Below, one piece after another: positions 30,194 through 38,261 of a DNA stretch of 64,000 bases. A model generated the notes under the pieces. It did no database searches. It had not been told where the DNA came from and was given only the letters and a program-made list of their open reading frames with translations. The stretch's first letter is position 1, and the number at the start of each line of letters is the position of its first letter. The translations under genes were made by a program, and so were the position numbers. The stretch lies in NCBI GenBank assembly GCA_035938215.1, contig DASZHC010000054.1, positions 830 through 64,829 on the forward strand, read 5' to 3'. The DNA comes from Chthoniobacterales bacterium (GTDB lineage Bacteria; Verrucomicrobiota; Verrucomicrobiia; Chthoniobacterales; JAFAMB01).

Positions 30194-31534
30194 TCATTGT
30201 GCCAACGGCTTCTTACCGTTGTAATAGCCGGCTTTCTTGAGTGTGTCCTCCACCAGTTTGCAAATCTGCGCCGATGCCTGCTTTACAGTCGATTGTCCAT
30301 CCATCATCTTGGTGCCCCACTCGGCGATGATGTCTGAGAGCTGGGGCCATTCTGCGAACCGGGGGCGAAACTCTGGCACACCCTGCTGCCAGGATTCGAC
30401 CATTGGAGCAATGAATGGGTATTTTGCCACCAGTTCTTTGTCTTGGTAGGTCGATTGGCGCCCGCTGACACCGCCGTTTTCCACATACTCCTTCGCCTTG
30501 GCTTTGGATGTTACCCACTGGATGAATAGCCAGGCAGCTCCTTTTTTCTTATCATCGACCTGAGTCGTCACAGCGAGCGAGAATCCGCCGAGCGCGGGTT
30601 TACGGCCGTCCGGACCCTTCGGTTCGGGTGCAATCCCGAGCGAATTGACGATTTTCGAAGTCTTCGGGTCGACCAGTGTCTGATAAAACGCTGACCACTC
30701 GGTGATCATCGCAACCTGACCTTGGGCGAGGGCATTGACTGCCTCGCTGTGGTCGAAGTCCACGATGCCCGGCGGCATGTATTTCATCAGCCTTAAACGG
30801 AACTCGAGTCCCGCTTGCGTTTTCGGATCCGAGAGGTTGCACTTGAAATTAGAATCGAGCAGAGAGCCGCCCCAAGGCCAGATGAAACGCATGAAGCTAT
30901 CGCAAGATTGCGTCTCGCCGCGCCGCGACTGCAATGCGAACGCGTACTTGCCGTCCTTTGTGAGCTTCGGAGCGTAGTCGTTAATAAGTTGGTCCCACGT
31001 TTCTGGCGGCTTATCGAAGCCGGCCGCTTTCAGCATGTCTTTGTTGTAATAGAGGAGACCTGAATAGTTATCGAAAGGTAATCCGTAAGTTTTACCGTTC
31101 CAGGTGCCAAACGCGTTCAATAACAGCGGGAAGAAGTCTTTTAGATCCAGGTCGGGATCAACCAGGTTCGGAAACTTCTTTTGCAGATCGTCGATCGGGA
31201 CAATCCAGCCGGATTCGGCGTATTCACCGATCCAGACAAGGTCCACGAGCGCAATCGCTAGGTCGCCCTGTGCGCTAAAGTCCAGGACTTCTTTTTCACG
31301 ACTGTTCTCGTACGGAACGATCTCATAGGACACTTTGATGCCAGTCTTCTGCTCGAATTCCGGCAACATCTTGATCGCCGCCCTGTAACCCGGACGATCG
31401 AGGAATATCACCTTGATCTCTGTTCCTTTGTAATCCTTCGCCGCTTCCTCGAGGGACCAGGCTTGAGCAACGCTCAGGCCGACCGACGAGAAGGCAACTC
31501 CAACACATAACATGCAGAGGAATTTCTTCTTCAT
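30194..31534 (-). CDS. ABC transporter extracellular solute-binding protein (family 1, sugar type)
   Basis: 446 aa. Signal peptide MKKKFLCMLCVGVAFSSVGLSVAQA. First gene of the SBP-permease-permease run. Confidence 0.85.
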   Translation of the reverse strand: MKKKFLCMLCVGVAFSSVGLSVAQAWSLEEAAKDYKGTEIKVIFLDRPGYRAAIKMLPEFEQKTGIKVSYEIVPYENSREKEVLDFSAQGDLAIALVDLVWIGEYAESGWIVPIDDLQKKFPNLVDPDLDLKDFFPLLLNAFGTWNGKTYGLPFDNYSGLLYYNKDMLKAAGFDKPPETWDQLINDYAPKLTKDGKYAFALQSRRGETQSCDSFMRFIWPWGGSLLDSNFKCNLSDPKTQAGLEFRLRLMKYMPPGIVDFDHSEAVNALAQGQVAMITEWSAFYQTLVDPKTSKIVNSLGIAPEPKGPDGRKPALGGFSLAVTTQVDDKKKGAAWLFIQWVTSKAKAKEYVENGGVSGRQSTYQDKELVAKYPFIAPMVESWQQGVPEFRPRFAEWPQLSDIIAEWGTKMMDGQSTVKQASAQICKLVEDTLKKAGYYNGKKPLAQ

Positions 31535-31717
31535 AGTAGGGGATATCGATTAATGATCGACGGACTCTAAGACTTTAATATTATCTCTTTCTGGGCAAGT
31601 TAACTAATGGGTTAGCAGACGTAACTATTTGCTTATTGGCAGCAGTCGGCCAATCCGACACGAAACCCGGGGTGGGAATGAGCGCAACGACTGCGTCCTG
31701 TCTGTATCCTGTCAACT

Positions 31718-31762
31718 GAAAATGCACCTGCGTTAGTGAGTTTCGAAATACAGGTGCGTTTT
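31718..31762. terminator. 12-bp inverted repeat with flanking T/A runs (possible bidirectional terminator)
   Basis: GAAAATGCACCTG (31718-31730) pairs with CAGGTGCGTTTT (31751-31762), 11/12. The loop is 20 nt, which is long for a terminator. Confidence 0.3.
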
Positions 31763-31854
31763 AATCCTCACCTTTTTCACCGCCGTTTCGCGATGGTTCA
31801 CGAACGATGTGTCGAACAAGGGCTTCCCGAATTCGCTGTGTTTTGGCTGTCAGG

Positions 31855-32199
31855 TTACCTCCCTTCCGCTGGGGCTGCTGTTGATCCCCGAACATGGAGC
31901 GGGGAATTGATCACATTGCTCGGAGCCTTATTGGCAAAGCGCTCTTTCTCGTTGATCCGCTGAAGCAATAACTCCACCGCCTTCCCGCCAATATTCGGAA
32001 TAACGAACCCGACGGAATGTGTTGTCCGTAGCCGTAGACTTCTCGCGCCGAGGTTCACCCGATAACTCAACGCGGCAATCGCCCGCTCAGCGTTTTGCGC
32101 GGTGCCCGGCGAAACCGGCGCGCTATGTTCGATGTAGTGCGATACAGTGCTCGGTGCGACACCGGCGAGTTTCGCGACGCTTAGGATGGTAGCCTCCAT
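31855..32199 (-). pseudogene. truncated LacI-family regulator (HTH domain only)
   Basis: 114 aa. TILSVAKLAGVAPSTVSHYI...ALSYRVNLGARSLR...SVGFVIPNI is the LacI N-terminus. The roughly 250-aa sugar-binding domain is missing, and I see no LacI-like frames downstream. Confidence 0.6.
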
Positions 32200-32342
32200 G
32201 GAACGTTCAAGGGCGGGGGGAGTAGCTGCAACATCAACTTATAGCGACTCGGTTGAAACGTTTTCAAGAATTATCCGAACCAAATTGTCGAGAGGCTCTC
32301 GTCCCGCGAATTTACCGATGGGGTTCCGATAGCAGGTGGACA

Positions 32343-32364
32343 ATTATGGAAGGCGTTCCATAAT
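32343..32364. promoter_or_regulatory. perfect 9-bp inverted repeat with 4-bp spacer (candidate operator)
   Basis: ATTATGGAA-GGCG-TTCCATAAT, about 145 bp upstream of the LacI remnant. Confidence 0.25.
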
Positions 32365-32809
32365 GCAGAGCATTCTTAGCCCACCGCCGCGGCGACCACT
32401 CTCTCGATCTTCTGTTTTTTAAGGGACAAACCCCGGTGGGGGCCATCCTCTTCTGTTTTACGAGCAGCCCAAATCCAGCCACGACGAACTCTCCGTTCCT
32501 TTTGGCAGCTTTGTAGGCTCTGGCGCTAAGCGTATCGAGGAATATCCCAGCACTCTTTTATCGGTCTGCCCGGCTCCGGCAAGTGCGGCTTGAAGTTCGC
32601 CGGGGCTGTGTTGCATCTGAGCTTTGATGACCAGGACCCCCATCTCTTTGACGTGCAGGACGAGCAAAGGCTTGTAGCATAGTTTACCAGTCGCACTACG
32701 CCGAGTTTATGCGCGGTGCGGTGGGACGGGGCGGCAGGAATAATCCTTTTTGGGAGGAAGCCAGGGCACGCGATTTTTGCAGCGGAAGTGCTAACTAAGT
32801 TGGGTTAAG

Positions 32810-34927
32810 ATGCTTGGCATGGCTTCGGATTTGCAAGCCTCTCCTTCTTCCTTGGCACGGAACTCTCTTATCGAGTACCTGAGCATCCCGCGCGAACTCG
32901 CGTGGGGCTATGTCGGCCTGTTGCTGTTCATGATGGGGGACGGGGTGGAGTCAGGGTACCTGGCTCATTACCTTCACGGCGAGGGGATTTCCCAGGGAAA
33001 AATCGCGTTGATATTCACGGTTTATGGCGCGTTCGCGACAATGGGGGGTCGCTATTCGGGCGCTTTGGCCGATGTGTGGGGACCGCGTTTGGTGATGTGG
33101 ATCGGTCTTCTGACCTGGACCGCATTCCAGATCGTCTTTTTGGGCTTCTCGCTCCCGACGGGTAATTTCCCTGCCCTGCTCGTGAGCTACGGGCTCCGGG
33201 GCTTTGGCTACCCGCTGTTTGCCTACGGCTTCCTGGTTTTGATTACGAACGTTACTCCGTCGAAGCGGCTCGGATCCGCCGTTGGATGGTTTTGGTTTGC
33301 TTTCAGCGCAGGACTGCCGACCTTGGGTGCTTTTGTTGCTAGTCTGCTCATTCCTCACGTCGGCGAGTACGTGACCTTCTGGTGTTCGCTTGCGATGGTG
33401 ATTGCCGGCGGTGTTGTCGCTCTTTCGGGACTGCCAAGAAGAGCCGGCCTATCTGCGCCGGGCGCGCCTCAAAAGAAGACGCGCGATTCACTTTTCTCCA
33501 GCTTTTCGATTGCCTGGAAAAAGCCAAAGACGGCGATTGGCTGTGTCGTGCGCATGATCAACACCGCCCCGCAATTCGGTTTCTTGGTATTCTTGCCAAC
33601 TTTTTTCACAACCGATGTCGGATTGCATCTTAGCCAATGGCTGCAGTTGCTGAGCTATATGTTCCTGAGCAACATGGTTGCGAGCCTGTTGTCGGGAATC
33701 GTTGGGGACAAACTCGGTTGGCGGCATACGGTTGCCTATGTTGGCGGGATGGGTTGCACGATCACGACGCTTCTGCTTTACTACGTGCCAGTTGCACACC
33801 GGGGAAATTTCGTGTTGGCCGTCGTGGTTGCCGTTCTTTACGGGGCAACCCTTGCTGGCTACGTCCCGCTCACCGCCATCATGCCACTCTTGGCGCCGGA
33901 CAACAAAGGTGCGGCCATCTCGATGCTAAACCTCGGGGCGGGGGCAAGCGCTCTGCTTGGTCCGGCGATCGTTGGCGTCTTCATTGGGCCGCTTGGGGTT
34001 GAAGGGGTGATGTGGATCTTCGCCGGGCTTTATGGGCTCAGTGCGTTGCTGGCTCTGTTCCTGACGTTGCCGGACGAAGTGGAACGCGGGACCCTTGGGT
34101 GGAGTGGCATTGGCGAGGCAGCGTTTGGCGCGTCTGCGGGTCTGCTGGACCATCCCCCGGCGATGGCTGCTCTGGCGGGCCAGCACGACATCGATCTGGT
34201 GCTGTTTGACCTGGGGGGGACAATTTATGACGACTCAACTTACACGAGGGCGTTGCTCCGGGCCGTTCACGAGATTGATCCGAAGGCCCAGGAACAGGAA
34301 TTCTGGGCGGTTTATGATGCCGAACGGATGAAGGCGTCGGGTTCGTTGCGCACTGCCATCGCGAACCATTTTGTTCCTAATCGGGATCGCGAGAGGCTGA
34401 CGACCCTCGCAAAGGTCTACTGGGAATACCCAGCGTCGGCCCTTTATCCGGATGTGAAACCTGCGTTGAAAGCGCTGGCTGACCACTTCAAATTGGGCCT
34501 AGTAGCAAACTCGGGTGAGGCGGCTCTTAAGGCGTTGCGACGGGACGGTATCGAGGACCTTTTTGCCGTCATTGCCCTCGCAGACTTCGTTGGGGTGGAA
34601 AAGCCCGATGAGAGGATCTTCCAATACGCCCTGAAAACCGCCGGCGTTTCGCCGAGCCGCGTGGTGCATGTGGGTAACCGTCTCGAGAGCGACATCCGAC
34701 CGGCTCAGCGATTGGGAATGCGGACCGTGTGGCTGTTGCGCGGCGACGCTCCTCCGGCGCCAACCTTGGACCAATTGGTTGAACCGGATGCCGTGATCAC
34801 TTCGCTCCTGGGTTTGCCGACGGCATTATCAAGGTTAACGGGCGGCAAGGAGCTTAAGTCATCCTCAGCAACTTCTGCGGTTAAGGATCTTTCGGAAGCT
34901 CGTAAGGAGCGCATCAAAGCTTTGTAA
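32810..34927 (+). CDS. MFS transporter fused to a C-terminal HAD-superfamily domain
   Basis: 705 aa. About 440 aa of TM-rich MFS sequence, then IDLVLFDLGGTIYDD ... LGLVANSG ... VEKPDERIF ... HVGNRLESD (HAD motifs I-IV, with non-canonical I and IV). Confidence 0.8.
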   Translation: MLGMASDLQASPSSLARNSLIEYLSIPRELAWGYVGLLLFMMGDGVESGYLAHYLHGEGISQGKIALIFTVYGAFATMGGRYSGALADVWGPRLVMWIGLLTWTAFQIVFLGFSLPTGNFPALLVSYGLRGFGYPLFAYGFLVLITNVTPSKRLGSAVGWFWFAFSAGLPTLGAFVASLLIPHVGEYVTFWCSLAMVIAGGVVALSGLPRRAGLSAPGAPQKKTRDSLFSSFSIAWKKPKTAIGCVVRMINTAPQFGFLVFLPTFFTTDVGLHLSQWLQLLSYMFLSNMVASLLSGIVGDKLGWRHTVAYVGGMGCTITTLLLYYVPVAHRGNFVLAVVVAVLYGATLAGYVPLTAIMPLLAPDNKGAAISMLNLGAGASALLGPAIVGVFIGPLGVEGVMWIFAGLYGLSALLALFLTLPDEVERGTLGWSGIGEAAFGASAGLLDHPPAMAALAGQHDIDLVLFDLGGTIYDDSTYTRALLRAVHEIDPKAQEQEFWAVYDAERMKASGSLRTAIANHFVPNRDRERLTTLAKVYWEYPASALYPDVKPALKALADHFKLGLVANSGEAALKALRRDGIEDLFAVIALADFVGVEKPDERIFQYALKTAGVSPSRVVHVGNRLESDIRPAQRLGMRTVWLLRGDAPPAPTLDQLVEPDAVITSLLGLPTALSRLTGGKELKSSSATSAVKDLSEARKERIKAL

Positions 34928-34953
34928 TCGAATTGAGGCCATGTTACTCGCAA

Positions 34954-34982
34954 CGGCTACGAGGGACCCTAGCCCTCCAAGA
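34954..34982. repeat. family F hairpin module (copy F3)
   Basis: CGGCTACGAGGGACCCTAGCCCTCCAAGA compared with F1 CGGCTGCGAGGGACCGCAGCCCTCCAAGC. Lies in a convergent gene gap. Confidence 0.6.
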
Positions 34983-35020
34983 CCAGAACGGCCAATGAAG
35001 TTGCTGGTGCGTGCCGTCGA

Positions 35021-35773
35021 TCAGGTCGCTAGAAATCCACCGTCTATTGGAAGGGCCAATCCATTGAGCATCGCTGCGGCATCGCTCAGCAGGAAGCAAA
35101 CCACCGACGCTATATCCTCACACTCCGCAAATCGGCCCAATGGAATTCGCTGAAGCATCGGTCCCCCTTTTTCAGGATCACTCCACGCCCGTTTCCCCAT
35201 TTCAGTCAATACGACTGTGGGATTTACAGAGTTAACGCGAATGCCATGTTTGCCAAGCTCCACGGCCATCACTTTGGTCAACTGGTCCAGCCCAGCCTTG
35301 GAAGCGCAATAGGCAGCATGTTTTTCGAGTGCCTGAAATGCCGCCATACTGGAAACGTTCACAATTGAACCTCGAATACCGCGCTCAATCATTTGGGCGG
35401 CGATCACCTGTGAAATGATAGCGACCGATCTTAGATTCACCGCCATCGTTAGATCCCATGCCTCAACGGTGGAGGTGAGAAAAGGCTGCAGAATCGCTAT
35501 GCCGGCGTTGTTCACGAGAAGATCAACGTCCCCCGCCGACTCCGCTGCTCGCTTCGCGGACACGGGATCGGCAAGGTCCGCGATGATCGTTTCGCAACCG
35601 ATCTCTTCCTTGAGGCTTCGAAGGTCTTTCTCGGTTCTGCTGAGTGCGATGACTCGCGCATTAAAGCGAGTCAGCATGCCGGCGATTTCTCTGCCAATTC
35701 CCTTTCCGGCACCGGTAACAAGTGCACGTCGATTCTTAAAGTCGATTTGATGAACGATGGGATCGAGTTTCAT
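35021..35773 (-). CDS. short-chain dehydrogenase, L-xylulose reductase / carbonyl reductase (DCXR)-like
   Basis: 250 aa. LVTGAGKGIGR, LLVNNAG, IVNVSS, YCASKAGLD, RVNSVNPTVV, RIPLGRFAE, FLLSD. From memory these are near-identical runs to animal DCXR. Confidence 0.8.
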   Translation of the reverse strand: MKLDPIVHQIDFKNRRALVTGAGKGIGREIAGMLTRFNARVIALSRTEKDLRSLKEEIGCETIIADLADPVSAKRAAESAGDVDLLVNNAGIAILQPFLTSTVEAWDLTMAVNLRSVAIISQVIAAQMIERGIRGSIVNVSSMAAFQALEKHAAYCASKAGLDQLTKVMAVELGKHGIRVNSVNPTVVLTEMGKRAWSDPEKGGPMLQRIPLGRFAECEDIASVVCFLLSDAAAMLNGLALPIDGGFLAT

Positions 35774-35876
35774 GGGTTGAGGGGAAGAATGGATAATTTT
35801 TGTTCGCAGCTATCTTGTGACAGTTAATACCGCTAAAAATTCCGGCTGAACGATTAATCTATTCTCAACGAATAGT

Positions 35877-35979
35877 AGTGCGCCGTCTCGCATATAATGG
35901 TGATGTCGCCGCAGGTCAGTCGGCTGTTTTTCAGGCGCGAGCGACGAGCATATCTAGATCGATACCTAAGGACTGGGCA
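35877..35979. repeat. family B element, diverged left half (copy B1)
   Basis: ...GTCAGTCGGCTGTTTTTCAGGCGCGAGCGACGAGCATATCTAGATCGATACCTAAGGACTGGGCA aligns with the first roughly 100 bp of B3. Confidence 0.55.
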
Positions 35980-36000
35980 CCCGAGCTTTTGTCCCGAAAC

Positions 36001-36087
36001 GCGGCTCGCCGGAAGGCTCGCCCTACCATTGATGCGCCATGGAAACATGACCCTGCAGCGGTAGGGCGAAGCTCTGCTGAGCCGTCG
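36001..36087. repeat. degenerate family A-like arms in tail-to-head order (copy A6)
   Basis: CGGCTCGCCGGAAGGCTCGCCCTACC ... GGTAGGGCGAAGCTCTGCTGAGCCGTCGC. Diverged loop sequence. Confidence 0.4.
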
Positions 36088-36527
36088 CAATTCTCCACCA
36101 CAAACTAAACTCGGGATACATCATTCCCAAATAAATCTTCGGCGCCGTAAACGGTGGACTCGAATGTATGGGGAGGGCCGAAAACGGAGCACTGATGCAC
36201 AATCTTGCAGCGGCTCCTGTTCACCCGAGCGCTCGCTGAGCTCTCAATACTCGCGAGTTGTCTTGGCTGAGACCAGGCGAGCGTCGCCGGATTAGCCGGT
36301 ACAGGCGACCTGTGTGTCACTTGTCAAGCCGGCCGCAATTGGCGCTTAGGCCGGCTACTTGGGCTTGGACTGACCTATTCGCAGGCCAAGGCAAAGCACA
36401 TGGCGGTTCGCCAGACACGCTCGAGGGTCGCTGGGACGATTATCCTTGGTTCAAGGAATCGGTGAATTGGACAGAGGCGCGATTCGGGTGGAAATTTGCG
36501 ATCGGATTGCAGAGTTTCGATGTCCAG

Positions 36528-36688
36528 TGCGGCGAGTTATAAGCAGGAGGCATCCCGCCGCCCGCGAGTTGGTTGATTTTCAAGCCACGAACGACGAGCA
36601 TATCTAAACCGGATATGCTCCTCAGGTACGTCTCGCATACGGATCCTTTTGAAGCCAACGGTATAGCTCCTATTTATGACTCGATGTA
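36528..36688. mobile_element. family B MITE-like element, internally deleted form (copy B2)
   Basis: Both termini and flanking modules align with B3. About 107 bp of the B3 centre is absent. Central hairpin GAGCATATC-N7-GATATGCTC. Confidence 0.65.
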
Positions 36689-37185
36689 CCAGCCCCTGGG
36701 TTTTTGTTTTGGTCGTCTTGTTGCTTGTGGTGGGTTTTGCCCCGCGTTCAAGCGGCGAAATGATTGATCAACGTAACTTTGCGATTGATACCTATTTTCC
36801 TGGGCCGAATGAAATCCGTTTGGCCGGGCAACGAGCGCGGAACTATTGGGCGAAGAATGCGAATCGTTATGGCTCCAATCCGGTTTATCTTGCTGTCGAA
36901 ACTTCAAAGATTTTCGAAAGCGAAATTGTGCAGGATCTTTGGCCCAAGTTGATAAAGTCGCAAACAACAAGCTCCTTTTTCTCTAAGTCGCCGGGGAGAC
37001 ATCACACCGAAGCCGACTTAAAGGGAATCATGATTTTTGATACCCGCACCGGGACCGTTGTAGGTAATCGGGGCTTCGTTTTGGTCGATACTCCTAGCCG
37101 CGGGCGCGTCGCTCGGTTTGGCGATTACGTTGCCCGGTACATCGGCACTGGGCGGTCCTTCCCTGGGATTGTTGGTGGAAACTGA
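36676..37185 (+). CDS. hypothetical exported protein
   Basis: 169 aa. N-terminal hydrophobic segment VFVLVVLLLVVGFA. The ATG and first codons lie inside the right terminus of repeat B2. I recognise no family. Confidence 0.5.
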   Translation: MTRCTSPWVFVLVVLLLVVGFAPRSSGEMIDQRNFAIDTYFPGPNEIRLAGQRARNYWAKNANRYGSNPVYLAVETSKIFESEIVQDLWPKLIKSQTTSSFFSKSPGRHHTEADLKGIMIFDTRTGTVVGNRGFVLVDTPSRGRVARFGDYVARYIGTGRSFPGIVGGN

Positions 37186-37231
37186 ATGCCCTGGTCGCCG
37201 GTTCCCTCGGCGCTGTGGTGAAGGATGCTGG

Positions 37232-37271
37232 CTTCGTAGAGCGCGGCTGCGACGGAGCGCAGCCCTCCAGC
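37232..37271. repeat. family F hairpin module (copy F2)
   Basis: CTTCGTAGAGCGCGGCTGCGACGGAGCGCAGCCCTCCAGC matches F1 (12277-12317) at about 36/41. Lies in a convergent gene gap. Confidence 0.7.
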
Positions 37272-37313
37272 AACAAAGGGATGATTCCGGTTTCGAAGCC
37301 GAATGTGGTTCAT

Positions 37314-38261
37314 TCAGTGAAATCCGAGGCTTAGAAGATTGACGACTTTTCCGATGTTTTCCGATGTTACAAGACTTGGGCCGGTGAGAATAAAATCATT
37401 CTGCAGGATCGAGCCGTACCTGATGTAGTTGGCGAGAAATACAATGGGGAGATAACCTTGCAACCATTCCTGTTGGTCAATCGCAAATTCGATTTGCTTC
37501 TTCGCGAGGGCGGCCATGACAGCCGGAGAAATGTCGAATGTGCATAGTTTGATCTGGCCCATTTTTCCGAGCTGAACGATGGTTGCCAAAGCCGGTTCAG
37601 CAGCTGTTGAGCCGAGAGCCATAATCCCGTCGACATTCTGGTTCCTCTGCAAATAGTCGCGAACCAGATTCTGGCATTCTCCGAAATCCATTTTGACCGC
37701 GAGAACCTGAACGTGATGAAACGGACCTTCGAACCCTGCCCGGAAGCCTTTAATTCGCTGTTCAAGCCCAAAATTTCCAACCTCCTGGTTTAAAATGATG
37801 GCTTCCTTGACTCCCATTGCTTTCATCTTTTGACCCGCTTTGCGACCTGCGGCTCCCTCATCTTGACCGATGTACATGAGACACCCGAGTTGGCGGGATA
37901 CCTCCAACCCGGAGTTAATCGAGATCACAGGAATTTTTGCAGCGACCGCAGCCTTTATGGATCTTGATAATGCGGCAGCGTCGGGAATCGACACGACGAG
38001 GGCATCGGGTTTGGATGCGACGGCTTCATCGATTAGTTGCGCCATTGCCTGCACATCAAATTTCTCAGGAGCACGATATTCAACGTCGCTGCCCGTTTCT
38101 TCGGTGGCAATTTCTACGCCGTTTCTGACAATCAACCAAAATGAGTCCGCGGCCTGGCCATGGGTCACCACGATGATCCTGGGTTTTGTTAGCGCGTGGG
38201 AGACGAGAGGAGTGAGGAGAGCCACGGCCAATGCCAGCCACAACTTGAATCTCGGATTCAT
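37314..38261 (-). CDS. periplasmic sugar-binding protein (RbsB-like, PBP type 1); no cognate permease or ATPase adjacent
   Basis: Start at [16 protein letters not shown] (signal peptide). The ATG overlaps the glpK2 stop (TGATG at 38259-38263). Confidence 0.8.
   Translation of the reverse strand: MNPRFKLWLALAVALLTPLVSHALTKPRIIVVTHGQAADSFWLIVRNGVEIATEETGSDVEYRAPEKFDVQAMAQLIDEAVASKPDALVVSIPDAAALSRSIKAAVAAKIPVISINSGLEVSRQLGCLMYIGQDEGAAGRKAGQKMKAMGVKEAIILNQEVGNFGLEQRIKGFRAGFEGPFHHVQVLAVKMDFGECQNLVRDYLQRNQNVDGIMALGSTAAEPALATIVQLGKMGQIKLCTFDISPAVMAALAKKQIEFAIDQQEWLQGYLPIVFLANYIRYGSILQNDFILTGPSLVTSENIGKVVNLLSLGFH

Noticed and set aside
32458-32667. 69-aa minus-strand ORF whose C-terminal 52 aa faintly resemble a HicA toxin (..GELQAALAGAG..KRVLGYSSIRL..PTKLPKGTESSSWLDLG)
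   Set aside because: The resemblance is only in spacing of a few residues. The catalytic GSHH-type His is absent (GYSS), I could find no HicB-like partner in adjacent frames, and the ORF is short. At best it is a dead remnant, which is not enough to call a toxin-antitoxin module.
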